A program made the translations under genes and the position numbers. Under the pieces are notes generated by a model. The model was not told the DNA's origin. It made no database searches and was given only the letters and a program-made list of their open reading frames with translations. A stretch of 64,000 nucleotides of DNA from Desulfatiglandales bacterium (lineage in GTDB: Bacteria; Desulfobacterota; DSM-4660; Desulfatiglandales; Desulfatiglandaceae): NCBI GenBank assembly GCA_963666345.1, contig OY762721.1, positions 1,312,001 through 1,376,000 of the forward strand, written 5' to 3'. Below, piece by piece: positions 1 to 10,484 of the stretch (the stretch's first letter is position 1; the number at the start of each line of letters is the position of its first letter).

Positions 1-177
1 CACCCCGTTCCTTATCATTCATACAGAGAAAAAGACTCCAATGATCTGGACGAACTGGAAGATTACAAATATGACCTGATTGATACGGATCTTGAAATCA
101 TTGACGACCATACCCTTTTTAATGGAGTAAACGACCTTCCTGAAGAGCGAATTGAAGTACCGGATTCGGAATCCTGA
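1..177 (+). CDS. 3' end of an unidentified CDS (acidic tail), truncated by window edge
   Basis: Frame 1 is open from base 1 to TGA 175-177 (HPVPYHSYREKD...EVPDSES*). Confidence 0.5.
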   Translation, partial: HPVPYHSYREKDSNDLDELEDYKYDLIDTDLEIIDDHTLFNGVNDLPEERIEVPDSES

Positions 178-567
178 AGCGCCACGCACCGGGATTTTCA
201 ACACAGACCTACTGCGACATATGATTAAAGGCCTTCGGCCCGAAGGACAGGGTGACGAGCAAAGCGGCTTCACAATTCAAGGCGCTCTTGCTTTTGGTCG
301 CTTTTCTATATTACAGTCATCTATGTCTATCCATCAGGGCGGCGCCGTTTTTCTCAACCCGACTGACAACCCCCAGGTTTTATGTAATAAAACAGATGGA
401 GGTCCCTCTCCACCACCTTAAACGTCCGATGACAGGAATGAGAGGTCCGCTTCACGCTTAAATGCCGAAAGAGATTGCGGTAAAGCTGAATAAAAAGGGG
501 CTTGTCTCCGTCCGGATAATGTTTTATTAGTGAGAACAAATTTTAGCGGAAAACGGGAGATCGCCTT

Positions 568-1908
568 TTGCAGCCTGAAAATTTTCATACAAAGATATAT
601 TCCGTATCTCAACTGACTGAAGAGATTCAGGGCATCCTGGAAGACAGATTCCCCTTTATATGGATTGAAGGGGAAATCAGCAATTTCAGTGCGCCCGCGT
701 CCGGGCATTACTATATGGTCCTCAAGGACAAAAAATCTCAGATAAGGGCTGTTATGTTCAGGATGCAGGCCCGCTATATCAGATACGTTCCGGAAAATGG
801 AATGAAGGTCATAGCCCAGGGAAGGATAGGCGTCTATCCGCCCAGGGGTGAGTACCAGGTCATCCTGGATTATCTCGAACCGCTGGGCGTTGGAGCGCTC
901 GCAATGGCCTTTGAACAGTTAAAGAGGCGGCTTGCCGAACAGGGACTTTTCGATGAAGCGCTTAAAAGGCCGCTTCCCTTCCTGCCTCAGCGCATAGCGG
1001 TAATCACCTCTCCAACAGGTGCCGCCGTCAAAGACTTCCTCAAGGTTATAGGCAGAAGATTTGAGAACCTGGACATAATTGTCGTACCGGTAAGGGTTCA
1101 GGGAGAAGAGGCAAGCAGCGATATTGTAAAGGCCCTGGAGCTTGTGAACAGACAGCTGGACGTTGATGTAATCGTACTCACCCGCGGAGGAGGGTCACTT
1201 GAAGACCTGTGGCCTTTCAACCAGGAGGAGCTTGCCCTTTGCATAAGAAAATCGCGCATCCCTGTTGTATCCGCGGTCGGGCATGAAATCGACCTCACCA
1301 TCTCGGATCTTGCAGCAGACCTCAGGGCACCCACTCCATCGGCCGCTGCGGAAATGCTTGTCTCGGAAAAGAAAATCCTGAGAAACAGGATAGATGAGGC
1401 GGCAGCCAGGCTCGAAAACGGCATAAAGCACCGCCTGAAAGGCCTGGGAATGGAAGTCGAGGCCTTCAGAAAGGCGATAAAAGACCCTGGGAAAGGGTTG
1501 CAGGAAGAGATGATTCACCTTGATGACATGGTCTTTCGGCTTCAAAGATCCGTAAGACGTTTCATCGACAAGACAGCCCGGGGGCTTGAAGGTGAAAAAA
1601 GAGGACTTATCGGCAACTCGCCGTCCGCCTTCCTGACCTCTTTGAGGCAGGACCTCAAGTTCAAGGAGCGATCGCTTGAAGAACAGATGCTGAGGGTACT
1701 TCATGAAAAGAGGACAGGCATTTCCCACCTTGAAAGGAGGGCGGGAGACCTGGGCCCGCTTTCCGTTTTAAACAGGGGTTACAGTATCACCATGAAGCTC
1801 CCGGAAATGGGTCTTGTCAGGGACTCGGCAGATACCTCAAGAGGTGACAGGGTAAAAGTCATGCTTTCAAAGGGAGAACTCGAGTGTATCGTTGAAAAAT
1901 CCGATTAA
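568..1908 (+). CDS. xseA: Exodeoxyribonuclease VII large subunit
   Basis: WIEGEISN, SGHYY, VITSPTGAA, RGGGSLEDLW, SAVGHEID, RAPTPSAAAE motifs. Confidence 0.97.
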   Translation: MQPENFHTKIYSVSQLTEEIQGILEDRFPFIWIEGEISNFSAPASGHYYMVLKDKKSQIRAVMFRMQARYIRYVPENGMKVIAQGRIGVYPPRGEYQVILDYLEPLGVGALAMAFEQLKRRLAEQGLFDEALKRPLPFLPQRIAVITSPTGAAVKDFLKVIGRRFENLDIIVVPVRVQGEEASSDIVKALELVNRQLDVDVIVLTRGGGSLEDLWPFNQEELALCIRKSRIPVVSAVGHEIDLTISDLAADLRAPTPSAAAEMLVSEKKILRNRIDEAAARLENGIKHRLKGLGMEVEAFRKAIKDPGKGLQEEMIHLDDMVFRLQRSVRRFIDKTARGLEGEKRGLIGNSPSAFLTSLRQDLKFKERSLEEQMLRVLHEKRTGISHLERRAGDLGPLSVLNRGYSITMKLPEMGLVRDSADTSRGDRVKVMLSKGELECIVEKSD

Positions 1909-2069
1909 ACGTGACTCTTTTGCAGGGCATGATTCAAAATTGACAGAGATCTTTGCAAATTATAGAGTCATTTTATTAAATACGTGAAAGATAAATGTCA
2001 CAGATGCCTGAAAAGGTTTGGCAGATAACATATCTTTTCCCGCATATTTTTTTTGATCCGGAGGGGGAG

Positions 2070-2315
2070 ATGGTTGAGAAAAAATTTGAACCGGCGATGA
2101 AACGACTGGAGGAGATTGTTCAAAATCTTGAAGATGGGCAACTGCCCCTTGAAGACTCGCTCAAGGTGTTTGAAGAGGGGATGCGTCTTGTCAAATTCTG
2201 CTCCAAAAAACTCGAAGAGGCGGAAAAGAAGGTTTCTCTTCTGATAAAGGAAAGCGGCGGAAAACATAGCCTGGCCCCCTTTGATCCGGAAGGAGAAGAA
2301 GACGATGACCAATGA
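2070..2315 (+). CDS. xseB: Exodeoxyribonuclease VII small subunit
   Basis: FE.AMKRLEEIV..LE...LPLEDSLKVFEEG; start moved to ATG 2070 after the GAGGGGGAG RBS. Confidence 0.95.
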   Translation: MVEKKFEPAMKRLEEIVQNLEDGQLPLEDSLKVFEEGMRLVKFCSKKLEEAEKKVSLLIKESGGKHSLAPFDPEGEEDDDQ

Positions 2316-3213
2316 CGATTCTTTCGACCTAAAGGGATACCTGAGCATCAGGAAGGCCAGGGTTGACAAAGAGCTGGACAAATGCCTGCCCCAGGCGGGC
2401 GGACCGGCGAATGACCTGATCAAGGCCATGAGGTACAGTCTTTTTGCCGGGGGGAAAAGATTGAGGCCGATTTTGTGTATGGCAGGGGCGGAGGCGGTGG
2501 GAGGAAATGAGGAGCAGGTCCTGCCTGTTGCCTGCGCCCTGGAATTTATTCAGACCTATTCCCTTATCCACGATGATCTGCCGGTGATGGACGACGACGA
2601 CCTGAGAAGGGGAAAACCCACCTGCCACAAGGTATTCGGAGACGCGCTGGCGCTTCTTGCTGGCGATGCCCTGCTGACCGAGGCATTCACGATACTGTCG
2701 AACATCGCAATCTCGGAGCGCATTCCGGCCGGGGCGCTGTTAAGGGTAGTAGGCATTATTTCAAGGGCATCCGGATACGCGGGAATGGTCGGGGGACAGG
2801 TTGCCGATATCCAGTCCCAGGGCACCCCAGTGGACCTGTCTTTTGTTCAGTTCATCCATTCCCGTAAGACAGCGGCACTCATTGAAGGCTCTGTGGCGGC
2901 CGGAGCCGTGCTTGGGGGAGGAAACGAGGAAGAGATTAATGCCCTCAGCGATTATGGCCGAAAGATCGGCCTGGCATTTCAGATCTCAGACGATATACTT
3001 GATATTGAAAGCACGAGTGAGACCCTCGGGAAAAAGGTCGGGGCGGACGTGGAAAGGGGCAAAGCCACCTATCCTTCAGTGGTCGGAATGAAAAATTCAA
3101 AAGATGTGGGGATTGAACTTGTAGAGCAGTCCCTGGAGGCGATAAACGCCTTCGATCACAGGGCGGCCCCGCTCAGGAAGATAGCCCGATATATTGTTGA
3201 AAGGAAAAAATGA
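2305..3213 (+). CDS. ispA: Farnesyl/geranyl diphosphate synthase
   Basis: GGKRLRP, SLIHDDLPVMDDDDLRRG, FQISDDILD motifs; xseB-ispA-dxs synteny. Confidence 0.95.
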   Translation: MTNDDSFDLKGYLSIRKARVDKELDKCLPQAGGPANDLIKAMRYSLFAGGKRLRPILCMAGAEAVGGNEEQVLPVACALEFIQTYSLIHDDLPVMDDDDLRRGKPTCHKVFGDALALLAGDALLTEAFTILSNIAISERIPAGALLRVVGIISRASGYAGMVGGQVADIQSQGTPVDLSFVQFIHSRKTAALIEGSVAAGAVLGGGNEEEINALSDYGRKIGLAFQISDDILDIESTSETLGKKVGADVERGKATYPSVVGMKNSKDVGIELVEQSLEAINAFDHRAAPLRKIARYIVERKK

Positions 3214-5162
3214 CAGAAAAAATACTTGAAAGAATAAACTGCCCGGCAGAGCTTAAGGCTCTTTCCATATCCGAGCTGGAAACTCTGGCAGCAGAAATCA
3301 GGCAGAAGATAATCAAAACCGTATCCAAGACCGGCGGTCACCTCGCACCCAGTCTCGGGGTTGTGGAACTGACCCTGGCCCTTCATTATGTCTTTAATGC
3401 CCCGAAAGATAAGATCATCTGGGATGTCGGGCACCAGTGTTATGCCCACAAGCTCATAACAGGCCGCAGAGACGCATTTGACACGCTCAGGACCTACGGC
3501 GGAATAAGCGGATTTCCCAAAAGGGATGAAAGCCCTTATGACACCTTCAATACAGGCCACAGCAGCACATCGATCTCTGCCGGTCTGGGGATATCCACCG
3601 CCAAGGCCCTCAAGGGAGAAAAGGACAAGGTAATAGCCGTAATAGGTGACGGTTCCATGACCGCAGGCATGGCCTTTGAGGCGCTTAACCAGGCCGGGGA
3701 CAGCGAAAAGGACCTGATCGTCGTGCTGAACGACAATGAGATGTCCATCTCGCCCAACGTGGGGGCGGTGTCTTCCTTCCTGAGTCGAAGTATGACCGCA
3801 AAAAGGTTCGTAAGTATCAAAAAAGGTGTTGAAAACTTCATAAAATCCCTGCCCGGAGTAGGAGAGAATTTTCTCAACCTGGTGCGCAGGAGCGAAGACA
3901 CGTTCATGACCTTCTTTACACCCGGGATGCTCTTTGAGGCCTTCAAGTTCAAATATGTCGGCCCCATACAGGGTCACAGACTGGACAAGCTGATCGAGGC
4001 GCTGAAAAACACCACACATCTTGAAGGACCGATCCTGCTTCATGTAATGACCAAAAAGGGAAAGGGTTATATGCCAGCGGAAAAGGACCCGGCCCACTAC
4101 CACGGGGTCGGCTCCTTTGAGATCCCGACCGGAAGTCCCGTAAAAATTGAACCTTCGGAAGATGCAACGGAAAAGCAGGGAAAAGCCCCTAAGCCCCCTT
4201 CCTATACCGAGGTGTTCGGAAACGCCATGGCCCAACTCGGAAAAAGCGATCATAAACTGCTCGCCATCACCGCGGCCATGTCTGAAGGAACCGGTCTGGC
4301 TGATTTTGCCGAATCGTTTCCTGAAAGATTCCTTGATGTGGGAATAGCCGAGCAGCATGCCGTGACATTTGCGGCAGGGCTCGCCACAGAGGGGTTCAAA
4401 CCTGTAGTGGCCATATATTCCACTTTTCTCCAGCGGGCCTATGATCAGATTATTCATGACGTCTGTCTTCCCAATCTCCCGGTCGTCTTTGCCATAGACA
4501 GGGCGGGACTTGTGGGAAAGGACGGTCCCACCCACCATGGGACGTTCGACCTCAGTTACCTGCGCTGTCTTCCGAACATGGTAATCATGGCCCCAAAGGA
4601 CGAAAATGATTTAAGAAACATGCTCTACACGGCACTTCAGCAGAAAAATCCCGTGGCCATAAGATATCCAAGAGGCAAGGCCCTGGGGGTTGAAATTGAG
4701 GATGGATTCAGGAGCATACCGATCGGTAAGGCGGAGATCCTGAAACAGGGAAAGGATATGGTCATCTTCGCCGTTGGAAGTACCGTTTATCCTGCCGTTG
4801 CTGCTTCAAACGCCCTTGAAAGTCAGGGCCTGTCGGTAGGAGTCGTAAACAGCAGGTTTGTAAAACCCCTGGACCCGGTCCTGGCTCAAATCGCATCGAC
4901 AACCGGAAAGGTTCTGGTCGTCGAGGAAAACGTGAGACAGGGAGGTTTCGGATCAGCGGTGCTTGAACTTTTCAATGACATGGGGGTTCAAGGGATTCAA
5001 CTTAAAAGGGTCGGACTGCCTGACAGCTTTATCGAACACGGGCCTCGGGACATACTTCGAAAGGAGTGCCTTCTTGAGGAGTCAGGTATCCTGGCTCATG
5101 CCCTTGAGTTAATGAAGCTCCCCACTGCAAACGGCGGGCATCAAAGCGTAACTGCGCCATAG
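3210..5162 (+). CDS. dxs: 1-deoxy-D-xylulose-5-phosphate synthase
   Basis: GGHLAPSLG, WDVGHQCY, GHSSTSIS, GDGSMTAG, DVGIAEQHA, DGPTHHG, IRYPRG. Confidence 0.98.
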   Translation: MTEKILERINCPAELKALSISELETLAAEIRQKIIKTVSKTGGHLAPSLGVVELTLALHYVFNAPKDKIIWDVGHQCYAHKLITGRRDAFDTLRTYGGISGFPKRDESPYDTFNTGHSSTSISAGLGISTAKALKGEKDKVIAVIGDGSMTAGMAFEALNQAGDSEKDLIVVLNDNEMSISPNVGAVSSFLSRSMTAKRFVSIKKGVENFIKSLPGVGENFLNLVRRSEDTFMTFFTPGMLFEAFKFKYVGPIQGHRLDKLIEALKNTTHLEGPILLHVMTKKGKGYMPAEKDPAHYHGVGSFEIPTGSPVKIEPSEDATEKQGKAPKPPSYTEVFGNAMAQLGKSDHKLLAITAAMSEGTGLADFAESFPERFLDVGIAEQHAVTFAAGLATEGFKPVVAIYSTFLQRAYDQIIHDVCLPNLPVVFAIDRAGLVGKDGPTHHGTFDLSYLRCLPNMVIMAPKDENDLRNMLYTALQQKNPVAIRYPRGKALGVEIEDGFRSIPIGKAEILKQGKDMVIFAVGSTVYPAVAASNALESQGLSVGVVNSRFVKPLDPVLAQIASTTGKVLVVEENVRQGGFGSAVLELFNDMGVQGIQLKRVGLPDSFIEHGPRDILRKECLLEESGILAHALELMKLPTANGGHQSVTAP

Positions 5163-5277
5163 CCGATCCTGCTTCATTCCGGAACCGGCCCATGGTTCCG
5201 TTCGTCATTCAGCCCTGCGGCAGGCTGCAGGTTATCACATCGAATCGGGAAAGACCCGACGGCTGGAAATTCATGCC

Positions 5278-6021
5278 ATGGACAGAAAAGGCGAAAAGAC
5301 AAGGCTTGATCAACTGGTAGTAGCATGTGGACTCTGCTCGACCAGACAAAAGGCAAAGGCCGTGATTATGGCGGGGCAGGTCCTGGTGGACGGTAGAAGG
5401 GTCGACAAACCGGGCACCTTCGTTCCATCCGGATCATCGATAGATCTGATCCGAAAGGGCACGTCTTATGTCAGCAGGGGAGGACTCAAACTGGAACAGG
5501 CCCTGCATCATTTTTCGGTTGATGTAACCGGCCTCACCATCATGGACGTGGGGGCCTCTACAGGCGGTTTTTCCGACTGCCTTCTGAAACATGGGGCAGG
5601 CAGAATTATCGCGATTGACGTGGGCTACGGTCAGCTTGACTGGACGCTTCGCTGCGACCCCAGGATCGAGGTAAGGGAGAGGACAAACGCCCGGTATCTG
5701 AAGCCGGATGAATTCGATGAAGTGATAGATGGGGCGGTAATCGATGTCTCCTTTATCTCTCTCAGACTCATTGTCCCCGCCGTTATGAGACTTTTGAGAA
5801 AGGCATCCTTTATAATAGCCTTGATAAAACCTCAATTTGAGGTTGGAAAGGGTCAGGTTGGAAAAGGCGGAGTTGTCCGCGACTCCGCGCTTCATCAGGA
5901 AGTCATTGAGTCCCTGGATCGATTTTTCAGGGACACGGGCCTTACCCCCGACGGTGTAATACCCTCCCCCATCCTCGGCCCTAAAGGAAACAGGGAGTTT
6001 TTGACACACCTGAAATTATAA
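5278..6021 (+). CDS. tlyA: TlyA-family rRNA methyltransferase (S4 + FtsJ)
   Basis: YVSRGGLKL, DVGASTGGF, DVSFISL, LIKPQFE, GPKGNREF. Confidence 0.95.
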   Translation: MDRKGEKTRLDQLVVACGLCSTRQKAKAVIMAGQVLVDGRRVDKPGTFVPSGSSIDLIRKGTSYVSRGGLKLEQALHHFSVDVTGLTIMDVGASTGGFSDCLLKHGAGRIIAIDVGYGQLDWTLRCDPRIEVRERTNARYLKPDEFDEVIDGAVIDVSFISLRLIVPAVMRLLRKASFIIALIKPQFEVGKGQVGKGGVVRDSALHQEVIESLDRFFRDTGLTPDGVIPSPILGPKGNREFLTHLKL

Positions 6022-6150
6022 GGCGCACCTCTGCCGTTCAGTCCCATGTTATCACGGAAACCGTAAACCGGGCGGATTTTCTTCCAAGGCACAGATCCTC
6101 TCACCGCATTCAAACTGATTAATACGGAGAGCCGGAACTATCAGTCAGGA

Positions 6151-6429
6151 TTACGCAGTCCTGCGTTTTGAGGCCTTGATAGGATTGATTTTTCCGTTGG
6201 TCTTCTTGACTTCGATCTTGACATGAGTAGCCATGTTGCAGATTCCCAGTCGCCATTTGGAGGCGGGGTCAGGGGAGACGGTACAGAAAATACCTGTAGG
6301 AAACTCCTTTGCCCGTTGGCAGCCTTCACACTGCTCGACTACCTTGTGGCAGGTACCGCCGTTAAACTGGCAGCCCTTCTTTGACATAAACGCGCATTCA
6401 TAACCCTCTTTTACACTTGTACAAACCAT
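6151..6429 (-). CDS. Small cysteine-rich PxxKW-family protein
   Basis: Cys-rich, PASKW motif, CNMATH, KINPIKASKR tail; likely start ATG 6429. Confidence 0.8.
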   Translation of the reverse strand: MVCTSVKEGYECAFMSKKGCQFNGGTCHKVVEQCEGCQRAKEFPTGIFCTVSPDPASKWRLGICNMATHVKIEVKKTNGKINPIKASKRRTA

Positions 6430-6567
6430 TTTAACCACATCCTTTCTTTTTGTATTTTTGCAGACAAACATCTTTTTCTGCCTGACAGCTTTATGGTTGT
6501 CAAGGAAAATAGACATTATTTGTCTGTTTGCAAGGAAAAAACAACCGGATTCCGGTTTTCAGGCAGG

Positions 6568-8385
6568 TCACGACCCCAGAATTTCGCTATCCAGCTTAAG
6601 CGCCAGTTCCTTCAACTGGGACTCTGCAATCCCGGAAGGTGCTTCGGTAAGAGGGCATGTGGCGCTGGTGGTCTTTGGAAATGCTATCACTTCCCTGATG
6701 GAGGCGGCACCTGCAAGGATCGCCACGAGCCGGTCAAGACCGAGTGCTATCCCGCCATGCGGAGGAGCACCGTATTTGAGGGCATCCAGCAGAAACCCGA
6801 ATTTTTTATTTGCCTCATCTTCAGGGATACCGAGTATCTTGAATACCCTCTGCTGGGTATCAAGATCATGTATCCGTACGCTTCCGCCCCCTATCTCGGA
6901 ACCGTTCAATACTATGTCATACGATCTCGCCCTTACCCTTTCAGGGCTTTCCTCGAGCAGGCGGAGATCTTCCTCAAGAGGGGCGGTAAATGGATGATGC
7001 ACCGCCGTGAGCCTGCCTTCGGCCTCATCATACTCCAGAAGGGGGAATTTATTTACCCATGTAAAGGCATATTCATCGGCTGGTATCAGATCCATTTCCC
7101 TTGCCAGGCGAAGTCTCAGAAAACCGAGGGAACTGTTGACTACCGCCTCACTGTCGGCAACGATCAGGATAAGATCGCCCTGTTCTGCATCCACAAGCCG
7201 ATCAACCGTCTTTTTGCCCTCATCTGAAAAGAATTTTTCCAGAGACGACTGCCACCCGTTTCCAGTGATCTTTATCCACGCAAGACCTTTTGCCCCGAAT
7301 TCCTTAATGGATCCGGCGATATCATCTATCTTTTTCCTGGAATAGGGCCCGCTGCCGCCCTTTACGTTTAACGCCTTTATCACTCCTCCTCTTTCGACGG
7401 CACCGGTAAAGACCCTGAATTCGGAGCCTCCGGCAGGCCCTGAGATATCGATCAGTTCCAGCCCGAAACGGGTATCAGGCCTGTCCGTTCCGAATCGTTT
7501 CATCGCCTCATGATACTCTATTCTCGGAAGAGGCAAAGAGATCTCCTTTTCAAGAACCTCCTTGAAGATTCGCTTTATCATGCCCTCGACCGTGCCGATA
7601 ACAGCCTCTTCATCCACAAAGGCCATTTCCATGTCCACCTGTGTAAACTCAGGCTGGCGGTCGGCGCGAAGGTCCTCATCCCTGAAACAGCGGACTATCT
7701 GGTAGTATCTGTCGAACCCGGCAATCATCAGGATCTGTTTGAAAAGCTGCGGCGACTGGGGAAGCGCGTAGAAAAGCCCCCTGTTTACCCTGCTCGGGAC
7801 CAGGTAATCCCTGGCTCCTTCAGGCGTGCTTTTTGTGAGGAAAGGGGTCTCCACCTCAAGGAAACCGCTGTGGTTCAGATATTCTCTTATACAGGCGGAT
7901 GTCCTGTGCCTTGTGACGAAGTTTTTCAGCATCCCGGGTCTTCGAAGTTCAAGATACCTGTGTTTGAGCCTAAGGTTTTCAGATGCGTCCACAGGGCCGT
8001 CGACCTGAAAAGGAGGGGTCTCGGTCCTGTTCAGTATCCTGAGTTCATGGACCTGCAGCTCAATTTCGCCCGTTTCCAGTTTCAGGTTTTCCTGGCCTTC
8101 GATGCGTCTGCTCACCCGGCCCTTTACGGCGATTACCCACTCGTTTCTTAATACATGAGCCCTTTCATGGCTTACCTGATCCGTTTTAGGATCAAAAACG
8201 ATCTGGGTTATCCCTCCTCTATCCCTCAAATCGATAAAGATGAGGTGTCCCAGATCCCTCCTGGTATTAACCCATCCCATAAGGAGGACATCCTCTCCGA
8301 TGTTTTCCCCTCTTAAATCGCCGCAGTCATGGGTACGTTTCCACTGACCCATTGAATCGATCTTTATATCCCTTTTCTCTTCCAT
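6568..8385 (-). CDS. aspS: Aspartyl-tRNA synthetase
   Basis: RTHDCG, FIDLRDR, TPEGARDYLVPSR, LPQSPQLFKQ, FRDEDLRADRQPEF, PPHGG. Confidence 0.98.
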   Translation of the reverse strand: MEEKRDIKIDSMGQWKRTHDCGDLRGENIGEDVLLMGWVNTRRDLGHLIFIDLRDRGGITQIVFDPKTDQVSHERAHVLRNEWVIAVKGRVSRRIEGQENLKLETGEIELQVHELRILNRTETPPFQVDGPVDASENLRLKHRYLELRRPGMLKNFVTRHRTSACIREYLNHSGFLEVETPFLTKSTPEGARDYLVPSRVNRGLFYALPQSPQLFKQILMIAGFDRYYQIVRCFRDEDLRADRQPEFTQVDMEMAFVDEEAVIGTVEGMIKRIFKEVLEKEISLPLPRIEYHEAMKRFGTDRPDTRFGLELIDISGPAGGSEFRVFTGAVERGGVIKALNVKGGSGPYSRKKIDDIAGSIKEFGAKGLAWIKITGNGWQSSLEKFFSDEGKKTVDRLVDAEQGDLILIVADSEAVVNSSLGFLRLRLAREMDLIPADEYAFTWVNKFPLLEYDEAEGRLTAVHHPFTAPLEEDLRLLEESPERVRARSYDIVLNGSEIGGGSVRIHDLDTQQRVFKILGIPEDEANKKFGFLLDALKYGAPPHGGIALGLDRLVAILAGAASIREVIAFPKTTSATCPLTEAPSGIAESQLKELALKLDSEILGS

Positions 8386-8419
8386 TAAATTCCCTGTCTC
8401 ACAAAAATTTTAATTGGTT

Positions 8420-9679
8420 TCAGGAGCGGAGTCTCTCTATAAGATCGGCCGAGATGTTATCCAGCCCCACCTCTTCCTGATCCTTTGTAGCCATGTCCCG
8501 CAAGACAGCCCTTCCTGAGGCCAGTTCATCCTCACCTACCATCAGGACCTTTCTGGCGCCCATCCTGTCGGCCTTTTTCATCTGCGCCTTGAGTCCCTTG
8601 CGGCTATATTCCGCTTCCGCCCACAATCCCGCACTGCGCAGCATATCGGTCCACTTGAAAACCTCCTTTTCGGCCCTCTCACCCAGTGCCGCGATAAAAA
8701 GATCGGGCCTTCTGCCTTCGGAAAAATCATTTCCCTCAAGAAGCGCCACAAGCCTTTCCATGCCCATGGCAAAACCTACGGCAGGGTGATCAGGACCGCC
8801 CAGGAGTCTTACCAGGCCGTCATATCTTCCTCCCCCTGCCACCGCATTCTGGGCGCCCAGCAGATCGGTCTGGATCTCGAATGTGGTCCTCGCGTAATAG
8901 TCAAGTCCCCTTACCAGCTTGTGATCGATCCGGTATCCGACACCCACCAGTGAAAGATACTGCTTGACGGATTCAAAATGCTCCAGGCATTCATCACACA
9001 GAAAATCAAGGATCGAAGGCGCCCCCGCCACCACGACCCTGCACTGCTCAAGCTTGCAGTCAAACACGCGAAGGGGATTGAGCTGCGCCCTTCTCCTGCA
9101 GTCCTTGCAGAGTGAATCATCTTTTTCAGCCAGATATTGTCTTAGCTTTTCCCTGAAAGGGGCCCTGCACTGCCTGCAGCCCAGGGAATTGATTACCAGC
9201 GTAAGATCGGGCAGGCCCACGGCCTCAAGCAGTCTCACTGCCAGCAGTATCACATCCGCATCGCTCTTTGGCCCGGCATCACCGAAAATCTCCGCATCTA
9301 TCTGGTGAAACTGCCTGTAGCGACCCTTTTGAGGCCTCTCATGCCTGAACATGGGACCTATGGTATAGAGCTTCTGAACAGGATTTTTCAGGTAGAGTCT
9401 CTGCTGTATGTATGCCCTGACAATCGAGGCCGTGGCTTCCGGCCTCAGGGTCATTATCATCCCCTTGCTGTCTTCAAGGCGGTACATCTCCTTTGATACG
9501 ATATCGGTTTCCTCTCCGATTCCACGGCTGAACACCTCATTGCGCTCAAGAATCGGCATCCTTATCTCCTGAAAACCGAAGCATTCGAAAAGTTTCCTGG
9601 TCTCTTTTTCCAGTTTCTGCCAGGAACCCACCTCTTCAGGCAGGATATCCTTGAAACCCTTTATGGTAGTAAATTCCAA
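8420..9679 (-). CDS. hisS: Histidyl-tRNA synthetase
   Basis: LRPEAT, FRHERPQKGRYRQF, LVRGLDYY, GGGRYD; probable TTG start 9679. Confidence 0.97.
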   Translation of the reverse strand: MEFTTIKGFKDILPEEVGSWQKLEKETRKLFECFGFQEIRMPILERNEVFSRGIGEETDIVSKEMYRLEDSKGMIMTLRPEATASIVRAYIQQRLYLKNPVQKLYTIGPMFRHERPQKGRYRQFHQIDAEIFGDAGPKSDADVILLAVRLLEAVGLPDLTLVINSLGCRQCRAPFREKLRQYLAEKDDSLCKDCRRRAQLNPLRVFDCKLEQCRVVVAGAPSILDFLCDECLEHFESVKQYLSLVGVGYRIDHKLVRGLDYYARTTFEIQTDLLGAQNAVAGGGRYDGLVRLLGGPDHPAVGFAMGMERLVALLEGNDFSEGRRPDLFIAALGERAEKEVFKWTDMLRSAGLWAEAEYSRKGLKAQMKKADRMGARKVLMVGEDELASGRAVLRDMATKDQEEVGLDNISADLIERLRS

Positions 9680-9995
9680 AAGGCAAAATCTCCCCTCAGT
9701 AAAAGTCAAAGGTCTCTAACAGAAGAGACCTTTATCGTCAATGGTTTTATACTTCAGTAAACAAAGAACTGCAAGTGGGACAGGACAAAAGAATATTCGC
9801 GCCGGATAAAGATATGAGGATCATCTCCCGATCAGTTGGTGTTAAACAGGGCTAAATAAAGAAATTCTTCTTATTTAAGCGGCTGAGAGTTCGTAGGATC
9901 CTTCGCCCTCGCTTAGCTCAGCTCAGTCCCACTGCGTCGCAGCGGGTTCCCGGTTTCAAGGATTCCAGTGCTCCATTGAAACGGCGGATAAAACC

Positions 9996-10152
9996 CCTAA
10001 AGCATTACAAAGATTTAAAGCTGTTGCAGAAATTCTGCAAACTCTTTTCAGGTATAGAATAAATGAAAAATTCTCAAATAATAAAAGGAACACCGAGATC
10101 GATAAATTGTTAAAATGCTGATAAAGCCTTTAGAAAACATACCCTTGGACCC
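9996..10152 (+). pseudogene. Decayed four-helix-bundle (IVP-like) gene remnant
   Basis: Fragments read LKHYKDLKLLQK and EIDKLL/LIKPLENIPLDP, resembling the N- and C-termini of this family; flanked by TTCAAGGATTCCAG / CCCTTGGACCC-type repeats. Confidence 0.45.
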
Positions 10153-10253
10153 TCTTCGCCAACTAAGTTGGAAAAGAACCAGATATGATTCCGGGGGAGT
10201 CGGCGAAGCAGCCGGGCAGTCATGGAGAGGCGCGAATGAGCGGTCTCACGGAT

Positions 10254-10484
10254 TCATTCCACTTCGATTTTTTCGGCCTTCTCTTTTACATCCCCCTGCT
10301 GCCCCCCTTCGATACGTTCTATACCCTCCTCTAGAAAGGATTTTATCGCCTTCAGGAATTCAACGCGGGATTTTCTCATATGGCTTTTGAACCCGGAGTC
10401 CTTTGCGCACACCTTCCCGATATCGTTGAAAAACCTGGCCACGGGACACACAAAGACATCATCGTCTTTCCTTTCCATTTTCAT
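10254..10484 (-). CDS. Small hypothetical protein coupled to the ArsA/GET3-like ATPase
   Basis: Overlaps the upstream gene's stop; SHMRKSRVEFLKAIKS..., KIEVE tail. Confidence 0.7.
   Translation of the reverse strand: MKMERKDDDVFVCPVARFFNDIGKVCAKDSGFKSHMRKSRVEFLKAIKSFLEEGIERIEGGQQGDVKEKAEKIEVE

Noticed and set aside
152..539. Short ORFs upstream of xseA
   Set aside because: Overlapping, motif-free and without clear RBS; no recognisable RNA gene either.
3156..4538. Long antisense ORFs (e.g. 460 aa here, 368 aa at 18506-19612, 268 aa at 54891-55697)
   Set aside because: Shadow frames of well-supported genes with no recognisable motifs.
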